Virus record (IMG/VR): IMGVR_UViG_3300035183_000733
Span: 124,001 to 188,000 of that record
Strand: one strand, 5' to 3'
Length of the DNA: 64,000 nt
Of this stretch, positions 36,930-46,548 are shown one piece after another. The first letter of the stretch is position 1; every line of letters starts with the position of its first letter. The notes beneath the pieces are model-generated. The model saw only the letters and a list, made by a program, of their open reading frames with translations. It was not told the origin of the DNA and made no database searches. The position numbers were made by a program, and so were the translations under genes.

Positions 36930-37259
36930 TTACGAGTTTAGTTGTTGTGTTTCGTCTGGCAACGCCGGTTGGTCCGGATTGGCGACATCTCCTTGCGGCA
37001 GCTCCTTAGCTGAATCGGCGGGTGTTCCAGAGTCCTTGCTCTTGCGGTAGCCGAGCAAGCCGGCGCCGATGGTTATGACCACGATGCTCTGCGTCATGAT
37101 GTCGTTCTTGGAGTCTATGAAATAGTCGGTGACTCCTACGAGGAACCCTATAAGGCCCACGCCCATGGTGAATACGCCCATAGTTCCTGATCCGGACGTT
37201 TTGCCGTCCGAGTTGGACGTCATCTGCGCCCAGGAGAATTTGTTTATGTCCGCTCTCAT
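36930..37259 (-). CDS. two-TM membrane protein, holin candidate
   Basis: Two hydrophobic helices and a charged tail. Confidence 0.4.
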   Translation of the reverse strand: MRADINKFSWAQMTSNSDGKTSGSGTMGVFTMGVGLIGFLVGVTDYFIDSKNDIMTQSIVVITIGAGLLGYRKSKDSGTPADSAKELPQGDVANPDQPALPDETQQLNS

Positions 37260-37267
37260 CGTTTTAA

Positions 37268-37573
37268 TTAGTTATTTTGTTGGGGCTCCGGTGGAGTCGC
37301 CGGGTTCTGCTCGCGTATGTACGCTTGTATCTTTGCGAGGACGAACTTGTGCGCCTCCTCGTAGATGATGCCCTGCGCTTGGTCGAGCACCTCCTGCAGC
37401 GTGTATCCTTCGGAATCCAACTTGTTTATGTCGAACTTTACGGATACTATGCGACGCAAGTACTCGCAGTCGTGATAAGTCGTGTCTGCGGTCTTGACTT
37501 TTATCTTCGTCAGTATCGAGCGACCCTCCGGGTGTGATGCCAGCGTGGCATCTATTATCTCCATTGTGTTCAT
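37268..37573 (-). CDS. hypothetical protein
   Basis: 101-aa ORF directly downstream of the fibre gene. Confidence 0.55.
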   Translation of the reverse strand: MNTMEIIDATLASHPEGRSILTKIKVKTADTTYHDCEYLRRIVSVKFDINKLDSEGYTLQEVLDQAQGIIYEEAHKFVLAKIQAYIREQNPATPPEPQQNN

Positions 37574-37575
37574 GA

Positions 37576-40500
37576 TTACAATCCGTGTTTGAATGCTCTG
37601 AAAAAGTATGAAAATGTAGCTGAACCAGACATTGTGAATGCACTACCATATCCGGGATATGTCGATTCCAACCTGACCGCGACTTTATTACCGGCCGGTA
37701 CAAGAAATTCTATGCCACCATGGACATCGCTGAGTTGGCGACGATACATTGTTCCACCGGTACCGTTTAATCTTAATTCCCATATAACAAGACCGCTACT
37801 GTTACCACTACCGACCGCCACAATGGTTCTATCGTATGCGACAGCGGCAATCTCAAGATGAAATAATTGTACACCACTCGACACCGTTGTCGTACCGACA
37901 CCAGTTTTTGTAAACGTTACGATTAAAGCATCGCCTACGGTGGATTGGGTGGCAACTATTGGGGCAGATCCACCGGTTGATATTCCAACAAAGGATGATG
38001 CAGTAGGACCAGGATTAACGAACGTGCTCTTAACTGCCTGCACAGAACCGTATGATTGTACAACGTCGGATGAGTTGGCGTTACCGAGCTGCACGGTGGC
38101 TCCTGATGATATGGACCCGATCGTTACCTGTGTCGACGGCGTTATGTTTACCGCGTATGTAGAACCGGCCGCTCCGACAGCCACGATACCGTTCAGTCCA
38201 GTGTTCGCTCCAGGACCTGCATCTATCAGCACGTGACCGCCCGTTGCTGGGCCGCCTCCGGTGTTCGCCGCACCGCCTGATATGCTGAGGGCTATGCCGC
38301 TACCTCCAACAACGCCGTTCTGCGCGACGCTGATCTTCGGCTTGAAGAATTGTCCTATGAATTGCAGACCAGACGCGCTGAAGTTGGCGACTGGATACAA
38401 ACTCGCGCCGCTGTTTACGGCGATGGATATTCTACCGCGTTGGTTGGTCGGGTTCGTTCCCGATACCTCGTAGTACTCTCCCATGACTGCACCAATGGAC
38501 CTCTGCGCACCTGAGCCATTCTTGACCGCGTATTCCAGCATAACTGGAATGCCTGTGAGATAAGGGCTTGGACCTCCGCCAAAAGTAGTTCCCGTGTTCC
38601 TGCCCTCGAGCAGGAGTACACGCGCCATGTCGCCTACCTCCGATACTACGCCGAACTGCGGCACCGGCACAGCGGTGGATGCGAATATTATCGGGGAGGA
38701 ACTGATCCTGTAGCGTGGAGTTCCAAAACTTATATCACCAGGCGCGAACAGTGTGGTGGCCAAGTACGAAGCGGGGCCTGCCGTGCTTGCGTGCGTGGCA
38801 GTCACGAGCGATATAGTGTTGGCGAATGTTGTGTTCACGACCGGAGATCCGCTCCAGCCTATCATTATCGCGTCGTTAGCGTTCGACTGGTTACCGTTGC
38901 CACCGAGGACAACGGACCTTAGCCCTGCCGCCTTGTTATTGGTACCTACCGTGAACGATACGTCGCCTACGTCGGAAGCGTAATTGAGAATGTTTGACCT
39001 CGATCCTATGGTCACGGCGCCGTAAACTTGGAACTTCGTCTGAGGCTTGGCCTCGACGACTGTTCCGGCCGTTAATGTCGCGTTTGCCGCTTGGAATGGA
39101 ACGAAATCAAGATAGTCTATGCCGTTGTGAACCGGCGCTCCACTCCACGGGCCCTTATACCACTTGCCGGTTGTGAGAACCGCAGGACCAGCGGTGATGT
39201 ACTCGCTGAACCTGTCGCCTATACCCACGAATCCGTCTCCGAATCCCGAATAGTTGGTGCTGTCGTTTATTACAATCGACTTCTGACCAGTTGACCAGTT
39301 GTACCCACTAAGGGTGGTGATGTCGTTCGCCCACATCTGTGTGACTGTAGGGTTGGACTGCGTGCCTGCGTAGACTGCGCCTGACCTGATTCGGAAGAAT
39401 CCATTACCGTCGGACCTCGACCAGAAGTATGTCTCGCCATTTGACCAAGCCGATACCTGGTTTCTCATGCCGGCAGTAAGAGTATCGCCTGCCGCGAGGC
39501 TCGTCGACATCAGCCTTGTATTCGCGCTGTCCCATCCCTGGAATATGAGACCACCGTCCGATGCACTGCCGGAAGCGGGGTGCCCGGCCGTGATGCCGTG
39601 TATGGAATAATCGCCAGCGCCAGTTCCGGGCGCGAGGTGTATGTTCGAGTGTCCTGATGTACCGAATCCTGCGGCCGCGTTGTAGCTCTGCACGTTAAGC
39701 TTTGCACCTACAAGTCCGCCAAGCAGGGTTCCTGTCGCGGTCTTGATGTAGTCCGGGTCGCCCATCCACATGCGCGGGAGTCCGCCTCCGCCAGATGGAC
39801 CAGAGTCCGCCGCGAAGTAGTATCCGTCATTGGCCGTACCGCCTGTACCGAATCTTAATGCCGGCCTTGGTGGGTTGACGAATGTGAAGACTCCTACGGT
39901 CGTGTTGGCAGATGTTGCGCCGCCTCCGAGTGCTATGAAGTGGTTATACGTGGCGTCGGTCTTGTGCTCTATGCGCATCTCCGAAGATCTCCACGGCATG
40001 CCGGAAGATTCGAAGAAGCTTCTCACGTTCCTGAAGTTGAGCTGGTCTGTGTTGAACCCCGATACTTTTGCCCTCCAGCGTGCCCACATGTTTGTGGCGC
40101 CGGCCGTTACCGGAAGCTGCACGTTGAGCTGGTCGTACCTGAAATCGTAAGGCGTAGCATCACCGGCGACGGCGTTGCTGAAAGCGTTGGCTACGCCTAT
40201 GGACCCGCTGTCATTTATGGAGAACAACCTCTCGGTCGAACTCGTCAATGCGTTGTGTCCGCCCACGTGCCAGTTTAATCCGGATGGTGTGTTGTAGAAC
40301 GACATCAACCTCTCGGTAGGGTTGAGCTGTATTTTGAACGCGTTGCTGTTGAACTCGTACCTGCTTATGCTGCCCGTGCCCGTCTGCTTTATTAAGTCGA
40401 GAGATGTTCCAAATGCAGAGAACTCGATGTTGCCGGTTGGGTTTACGAGCTCCCACGAGTATTCGGTATTTGCGATTATGGTATTTACGGAGATGTACGA

Positions 40501-41067
40501 TTGCTTTGCCGCAAGGTTCTCTGCGCCAGACTCGAGCACACCGAACATCTGCTGTGGCGAGCCCGGAGATCCGATAAGTTTTAGCTTGTACGGCCCCGTC
40601 TGTGGCGCTCCAACGCCGTAGTTTATCGGGGATAGAACGAGGGACTTGAGCGGCGTAGGGCTGCTGAATATAACACGGTCAGAGTCACCGATGGCGTCCT
40701 TGAACACGCCGGAAACCGTGAGGTTGCCGATGAGCGTCCACGATGGGGGCGAACCCGCGTACTGGTAGATGTTGAGCGTATTAGTGTCGAACCAGTAATC
40801 GCCTTCGGCTGGAGCCGGCGTTATCGGACCAAACGAGATGGGGTCCGTGTTCTCCACGTACCACTTGGTGCCAGGCACGCCCGGGTCACCCTGGAATCCC
40901 TGGATGCCCTGACTTCCAGGTACACCCTGGATGCCCTGGATGCCCTGAATACCTGGAGGACCCCCGCCCATATTCAAAATCTGGTCGAAGTTAAAGTTGC
41001 ACTTGTCCGTGAACAACTGCTGGTCGTCGCTCGGTATAAGCCTGAATAGATTTAGTACGGTTGCCAT
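37576..41067 (-). CDS. tail fibre-like protein with short collagen-like segment
   Basis: 1163 aa, G/S/T/A-rich; GPPGIQGIQGIQGVPGSQGIQGFQGDPGVPG; EGDYWFDT motif. Confidence 0.7.
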   Translation of the reverse strand: MATVLNLFRLIPSDDQQLFTDKCNFNFDQILNMGGGPPGIQGIQGIQGVPGSQGIQGFQGDPGVPGTKWYVENTDPISFGPITPAPAEGDYWFDTNTLNIYQYAGSPPSWTLIGNLTVSGVFKDAIGDSDRVIFSSPTPLKSLVLSPINYGVGAPQTGPYKLKLIGSPGSPQQMFGVLESGAENLAAKQSYISVNTIIANTEYSWELVNPTGNIEFSAFGTSLDLIKQTGTGSISRYEFNSNAFKIQLNPTERLMSFYNTPSGLNWHVGGHNALTSSTERLFSINDSGSIGVANAFSNAVAGDATPYDFRYDQLNVQLPVTAGATNMWARWRAKVSGFNTDQLNFRNVRSFFESSGMPWRSSEMRIEHKTDATYNHFIALGGGATSANTTVGVFTFVNPPRPALRFGTGGTANDGYYFAADSGPSGGGGLPRMWMGDPDYIKTATGTLLGGLVGAKLNVQSYNAAAGFGTSGHSNIHLAPGTGAGDYSIHGITAGHPASGSASDGGLIFQGWDSANTRLMSTSLAAGDTLTAGMRNQVSAWSNGETYFWSRSDGNGFFRIRSGAVYAGTQSNPTVTQMWANDITTLSGYNWSTGQKSIVINDSTNYSGFGDGFVGIGDRFSEYITAGPAVLTTGKWYKGPWSGAPVHNGIDYLDFVPFQAANATLTAGTVVEAKPQTKFQVYGAVTIGSRSNILNYASDVGDVSFTVGTNNKAAGLRSVVLGGNGNQSNANDAIMIGWSGSPVVNTTFANTISLVTATHASTAGPASYLATTLFAPGDISFGTPRYRISSSPIIFASTAVPVPQFGVVSEVGDMARVLLLEGRNTGTTFGGGPSPYLTGIPVMLEYAVKNGSGAQRSIGAVMGEYYEVSGTNPTNQRGRISIAVNSGASLYPVANFSASGLQFIGQFFKPKISVAQNGVVGGSGIALSISGGAANTGGGPATGGHVLIDAGPGANTGLNGIVAVGAAGSTYAVNITPSTQVTIGSISSGATVQLGNANSSDVVQSYGSVQAVKSTFVNPGPTASSFVGISTGGSAPIVATQSTVGDALIVTFTKTGVGTTTVSSGVQLFHLEIAAVAYDRTIVAVGSGNSSGLVIWELRLNGTGGTMYRRQLSDVHGGIEFLVPAGNKVAVRLESTYPGYGSAFTMSGSATFSYFFRAFKHGL

Positions 41068-41108
41068 CTATGTTTTATTCTCATTTATCTTCCTTATATA
41101 TCCCTGAC

Positions 41109-44100
41109 TTATATTCGCCCGATGTCGAACGATATAGCTATGGACACCTCGGATGCGGTGTCAATCTTGTACTCGAAACTGTACAAGAAATCCGAAATCC
41201 TCGTCACTGTGAAGTTCTTGTCGTGCGAGTAGCCATTTATCAGCTTGTTGGCGTCCGAAAGGTCTCCCCTAACTATTGGCAATGCAAGGGTGTTGTCCTT
41301 GTACTTCTTCGTATAAGGGTCTGCCTGCTTCACCTCGTAAACCGGCAGCACGTTCAGCGTCAAGTATTCTACGACGTCGTCGTCGATGGAGTCCGGATCG
41401 CCGACGCCGAACTCTGGCATCAGGAGTTTTACGAACTCCGCATTGGCCCCTGTCTCCACGAAGAACCTGAGCAACCTCTTCTTTATGTTGACGAGCCCGC
41501 TGACGGTGGTAGCATTCTGCGTCCACGCAATCTCGGAATCCACGTTGTCCATGTTTATTAGGGCAAGCGTAGCTACCTCCTCCACGGTGAAGTCCTGCAA
41601 CCTTATGCTGTCCTGCGTCTTCATTATCTTAGTGCCCATGAAGTTCTTGATCTCCTTCATCTCGCGAGTTCCCGCCTGGTTTACGAAGTTGGTCTTGCTG
41701 CTGAACATCCTCCAGAACCCAGGGTCCCAACTCGAGCGGAACACGAAGTGATCCTTCTGGTCTATAGCAATCTCGCCCACGAGCGGGTACAGTGACTTGT
41801 ATTTGTCGTTGTTCGCAAGATCGAGCACCTTGCTGTTGGACACCTTGAGGTAGTTCATGTTCTTTATCAGACCAAAGTCCTTCACGTTGGGATTGAAAGT
41901 GGCTTGCTTGAACGACAGGTCAAATGAAGGTCCTGCAATCTCGTCTTGCTTTTGTCCCTTGAAGAACAAAACGTTCCTGAATTTTGGTTCGTAAGGTCCG
42001 TCGTATCGGTACTGAATTGATGCAGAGTTGACCTTGGTCAGGTTCACCCCTATGATAGGCACGTTGTTGAATTCTTCTGGCTTGTCCTCATCAATCAGCG
42101 GTATTAGCGATTCGAGCTTGTTTATAGTTGCTGGTTCGAGGAGTTCGAGATAGAATTCGTCGCTCGTCTCTACGTTGGTAAAACCGTTCCACCTGTACGT
42201 CTTATACTTGACGTACTGGCTGTACTCGTTTATCTTCTGTGCGATCGTTGCGAATGCCACCCTCTGCATTATAGGAGTGTAAAAGTTGGTTCCACCTTCT
42301 TTTTGGTACGTTGCGAATCCCTGCCACTCGAAGGACGATCCGAACGGTATCGATATTGCGTTTGACGCAACAGGTAGGTCGAACTGATCGACGCTGAACG
42401 GTGCGTAAAAGTTGTCATACGGGGACGACGGATCCTGTGGGTATCCGGGTGTCCCTGGTATACCGAACAGGATTTGCGTCTGTGTGGTGCTGTGCGGGTA
42501 TGGGAACTTGGTGTCGCCGAACACGAACTTGCCGTAGAAGGTGTTCTCCTTCCTGAAGTTCTGAATCTCGTCCCTGAGGTCCCAATCGTAGTCCGGATTG
42601 TTGTACACGTAAGCGTATGTGAAGGGGCCTATCGGCCCCGATGGTGAAGCCATGGTGAGCGATGTGCTCAGCTTGATGTCTCCAATCTGGTGCACGTCGG
42701 TTCCGGTTAGCAGTAGAGTTCCGGAGTTGTTGTATATGTGCTCCACCTTCTTGCTCTTCAGTGAGTACAGAGTAATGTAATCTGTGGATATGTCCACCAG
42801 ATCCTGATACCTAACTTCCGGCGAGTATATGCTGCCCATGTTATTTGGATCGATGAGCGACAGCGTCCTGTAGTCCTCCAGTATTAGGTCTATCACTATG
42901 GTCACGGTCTTGAACGTCTCGTTGTTGTAGACGTTTATAGTGACCGGAGATTCTACGACTTCTGGCGTCTCCTTGTGCACTCTCAGTATACATGAAAATT
43001 TGTAACCATCAAACTTAGTCGATCCCTGCTTGAACGGTGGTTTGATAGCGCGCAACTGAGGCGCAGCAGTGTCTCTGATTACTTCCTTTATCTGGACCTT
43101 CACGCCACGGAAGAAAGTTTCGCACACACCGGTCTCCGAGTTGAAGTCGAATATGGTGTACCTGTCTTGGTCCGGAGTGTTTGCTGACGGTTGGAATGTG
43201 AAATACTCCAAGAAGTAATCTTGTGCGCTCGGATCCGCATTATTGAGATCTGATATGTCCAGCTTGTCCGGAAAGAAGTAGTAGTTGTCGTTCAATGACG
43301 ATTCTGGATAGTTGTGCGGCTGCCCCTCGAGATAGTACCACTCGTGCGTGAACGCTTCCGGATTCTGTGTCTTCTGTGTGAAAGAAGGCGAGAAGTTGAA
43401 CGATCCAAAAACTGGGTGCGTGTTGAGCCTGTATCCGTTATCGCGAATGTCTGTCCCACCTGAATAGACCCACTTGCTCGTGGACGGCATCATCCTCGAC
43501 TTTATGGCAAACTCTTTAAGGAAGTTCTCCTTTAGGTAATCATATTCTGACGGTACCGTATTGAAGAAGAACTTGTCCCTCTGCGTGAATAACAGCGTGC
43601 TCTTGTCCACAGCCTCTTCCTCGACAGTCAAGAAATCCCTGAACGTAAAGAATCCCGGGAAAGAACGGATGTCGCCATCAAGTGTGCGAGCATCAAGATC
43701 AATTACGACAGGCGTGCCTATAGAATACGTGTATGTAGGAAACAGTGGCTGAGCTACAAAAGTAGATCCAGTATTGTAAACGGTAGGTGCGTTGTTGTTA
43801 AAAGGATCTACGTAGTTTATGGATTCTGTAGTATCACCGAGTACAACATACGTGTGACCGGCTATCAGTGTTTCATACGGCATCACCGCGCGTTGATAGA
43901 ATACAAGCGCCACGACCACTGGTGTTCCGTTAACGACCGTGAAGGAGTCAACGCCGGATACCCCGTAGAATGCGGCACCGCCGAACACGGAAGAACCGTT
44001 GTAATCTATTTCGTCGGAAGGTTCGCCGAGTACGAGGTACCTGCGTCCGGCTACTATCATGTTAGGCTCGTCTGCCGGTATGTCGAAGTATCTGTGGTAC

Positions 44101-46541
44101 TCTCTTATTGGAGTCCTCGAATACGATGAGCTGAAGAAGTCGCCGTCTATGTCCTTCAGGTTGAAGAACGAGAACAGACCGACTTTAGGCCTGAACAGGT
44201 TGTACGCGGTGAACGTCTTCGTGGTTGTGCCAACGAGCGGTTCATCGAGCAGGTCATCGATATACGCGACGCCAAAATCGTTCCAGCCATCGAGACCCGC
44301 TATGTCGCTACCACCGGTTTCGAGTATGGGATCGTCTACATATCTTCCGACGTGAACTATCTTTGCGAGTCCGAGCTTGGACTTAACGAATACCTCCCCG
44401 TTATTAGTGAGCCTCTCAAAGTTCTCGAGGTCGTACCTGAATCTTATCTTGTTGTTGTCGGTGCCTCCCTCGAAGTACACCTTCTGTGCCGAGCTCGTTA
44501 CGAGCTGGCGCTGTAGTTCCATCCTGGTGAAGTCCGTTACATCAATGTTGCAGAAGAACGCATTCGGCGCGCTTGATCCTGAACGCATCCTTATCACCAC
44601 TTCGCTGTCTATTGCTATGGCGTCCCAAGTGCGTTGCTCTATCCTGTTGAATGCCGATGCTATTGACTGTGCAATCTCGGACAATGTCCCGTATGGGTGG
44701 AAGTAGATAGGGTTGTAGTTGTTAGCCGCGAGCGACTGGCCAGGACCCCATCCCTCTACAATGGATATGTGCCCATTTGTGGTGGTGAGGTCAATTGGCA
44801 AGTTTATGTTGAACGTAGTATATCCCAGCGAGAACACTGCGGCCGAAACTATGGTTCTCTTGATGCGGACGTTCTGTCCGTATTGGATCTCTATCTCGTC
44901 GCCTACGTTGTAGTAGGGGACGTAGTTTCCGTATATCGACACAAGCGTGCCGTTGGCCGGAATCGTGAACACCCTGCGGAGGTCGTTAGCCGTTATCTCG
45001 TCGAACGGCCCGTCGACGTCCGTCTGTGATCCGATGTTCCAGTGTATCTTTATTTTATCGCCGGGGTACAGTTGGTCCTTCACGTTCAGCACCATGTACG
45101 ATCTTCCCTTGTCGGTCAGCAGCGAACCGAACCCCTCAATCAGTCTCCTGCCTTCTCCTGCGAAGTCACCGAGGTTCACCGATTTGTTGCGGATCTGAAT
45201 ATCGGTGTCAGTTGTGTTGTACGTGCCGATGACCTCTGGGTTTTGGTTGAACGAGTAGAACAATCCTTTCTTGTCCTGCACCCAGTAGAGGCGCGGCTCG
45301 AAATTGGCACCGGTGAAATCGTTCGAACTCGGGATGAATCCGTCGGGGTTCATGTAATACAGTCGCACGCCGTCCTCGTTGTTCTGGTAGAACGCCTCGC
45401 CCTGGTCCCTGTAACCGCGGTTAGGACGCTTAGGTGCCGGAGTGTTGCCCGAAACACCTCTGTTTGCGAACAGTTTGTCGCCGTCGAGCTCGAAGCTTCC
45501 CGTAGGTATCTCGTTAACGTAAAACCCGAAGTACCTTGGTATGCTATAGAGGCTTGCCGACTCGTCGTTGAACAGGAACTCCATGTTGAGCAGGTGCGGA
45601 CAAATAATGCCGTGCCTCTGGAACCCGTTAGTCACGTACTCCTCGAACTCCATCTGCGTCTGCGCGGACTGCCAGTATTTGCGCATAAACTCGCCCTTGC
45701 TCGATAGAATACCGTCCTGGTACGCTATTCCGTTCCAGGTAGTCATCAGCCCGTCCTCGAACTTAGTCGTTATAGGCGCGGCAGGAAATCTCGGGTTGTT
45801 CCTGAAATTACGTATGTACTGCCCTATCTTGCTCGAAGATGTGAGGTCGAACGTCTTTATTATCTGCGCTCTCTTCATTATGCTGTTGAACTGCGCAACG
45901 TCGTCAATTGGGAGGTCCTTGTTTTCATTCAAGCTCACGACCTTGCCGCTACCCTGGTAAACTGTATAGGTTGTAGAGACGTTGCTGGTGAAGGTGTCGC
46001 CGTCCACGTAGAGGTTGTTCTCATAGACCACCTGGTATCCATCCCCGACAACCTTGTATTCTGTAGGTGTATCAATAACTATAGACCCGCTCGGGACGTC
46101 GTCGTTGTACGGGAAGTCTGTGGGTTCGTCTACCCTCAGGATTATGAAGTAGTTCGGTATGTCCTCCCTCAGCCACAACGGCGCGAGGTACGAATACGCC
46201 TCGTCGTAAAGTTTGCTGATTAGTGGTTCGGCACCCATTGAATAGAACAGCTCAAGCTGTGATGCGAACTTCGTGCCGGTGGACTCCGGATTGGAGTCCT
46301 GACGCACCTCGAACAATACTTCCGGTGGGACGGACCCGATGAAATCGCGCACGTCCACGTCGAAGCTGGAAGTTTGAGAGAGCCGGAACTTCTTGAACTC
46401 CGAACCGGACAGGACCTTGTTGGCGTCTATGGTGTTTAGCCAGATGTCGCCCTTGGAGTCAACCGTTAGTTTTATGTTTCCCGACAACTTCGGATTGGTT
46501 CTCACCAATCCGAAGGACGAGGTCTTATCGCTTAAGTTCAT
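41109..46541 (-). CDS. giant virion structural protein (baseplate/tail, putative)
   Basis: 1810-aa intact beta-rich ORF among structural genes. Confidence 0.65.
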   Translation of the reverse strand: MNLSDKTSSFGLVRTNPKLSGNIKLTVDSKGDIWLNTIDANKVLSGSEFKKFRLSQTSSFDVDVRDFIGSVPPEVLFEVRQDSNPESTGTKFASQLELFYSMGAEPLISKLYDEAYSYLAPLWLREDIPNYFIILRVDEPTDFPYNDDVPSGSIVIDTPTEYKVVGDGYQVVYENNLYVDGDTFTSNVSTTYTVYQGSGKVVSLNENKDLPIDDVAQFNSIMKRAQIIKTFDLTSSSKIGQYIRNFRNNPRFPAAPITTKFEDGLMTTWNGIAYQDGILSSKGEFMRKYWQSAQTQMEFEEYVTNGFQRHGIICPHLLNMEFLFNDESASLYSIPRYFGFYVNEIPTGSFELDGDKLFANRGVSGNTPAPKRPNRGYRDQGEAFYQNNEDGVRLYYMNPDGFIPSSNDFTGANFEPRLYWVQDKKGLFYSFNQNPEVIGTYNTTDTDIQIRNKSVNLGDFAGEGRRLIEGFGSLLTDKGRSYMVLNVKDQLYPGDKIKIHWNIGSQTDVDGPFDEITANDLRRVFTIPANGTLVSIYGNYVPYYNVGDEIEIQYGQNVRIKRTIVSAAVFSLGYTTFNINLPIDLTTTNGHISIVEGWGPGQSLAANNYNPIYFHPYGTLSEIAQSIASAFNRIEQRTWDAIAIDSEVVIRMRSGSSAPNAFFCNIDVTDFTRMELQRQLVTSSAQKVYFEGGTDNNKIRFRYDLENFERLTNNGEVFVKSKLGLAKIVHVGRYVDDPILETGGSDIAGLDGWNDFGVAYIDDLLDEPLVGTTTKTFTAYNLFRPKVGLFSFFNLKDIDGDFFSSSYSRTPIREYHRYFDIPADEPNMIVAGRRYLVLGEPSDEIDYNGSSVFGGAAFYGVSGVDSFTVVNGTPVVVALVFYQRAVMPYETLIAGHTYVVLGDTTESINYVDPFNNNAPTVYNTGSTFVAQPLFPTYTYSIGTPVVIDLDARTLDGDIRSFPGFFTFRDFLTVEEEAVDKSTLLFTQRDKFFFNTVPSEYDYLKENFLKEFAIKSRMMPSTSKWVYSGGTDIRDNGYRLNTHPVFGSFNFSPSFTQKTQNPEAFTHEWYYLEGQPHNYPESSLNDNYYFFPDKLDISDLNNADPSAQDYFLEYFTFQPSANTPDQDRYTIFDFNSETGVCETFFRGVKVQIKEVIRDTAAPQLRAIKPPFKQGSTKFDGYKFSCILRVHKETPEVVESPVTINVYNNETFKTVTIVIDLILEDYRTLSLIDPNNMGSIYSPEVRYQDLVDISTDYITLYSLKSKKVEHIYNNSGTLLLTGTDVHQIGDIKLSTSLTMASPSGPIGPFTYAYVYNNPDYDWDLRDEIQNFRKENTFYGKFVFGDTKFPYPHSTTQTQILFGIPGTPGYPQDPSSPYDNFYAPFSVDQFDLPVASNAISIPFGSSFEWQGFATYQKEGGTNFYTPIMQRVAFATIAQKINEYSQYVKYKTYRWNGFTNVETSDEFYLELLEPATINKLESLIPLIDEDKPEEFNNVPIIGVNLTKVNSASIQYRYDGPYEPKFRNVLFFKGQKQDEIAGPSFDLSFKQATFNPNVKDFGLIKNMNYLKVSNSKVLDLANNDKYKSLYPLVGEIAIDQKDHFVFRSSWDPGFWRMFSSKTNFVNQAGTREMKEIKNFMGTKIMKTQDSIRLQDFTVEEVATLALINMDNVDSEIAWTQNATTVSGLVNIKKRLLRFFVETGANAEFVKLLMPEFGVGDPDSIDDDVVEYLTLNVLPVYEVKQADPYTKKYKDNTLALPIVRGDLSDANKLINGYSHDKNFTVTRISDFLYSFEYKIDTASEVSIAISFDIGRI

Positions 46542-46548
46542 CTATTCG

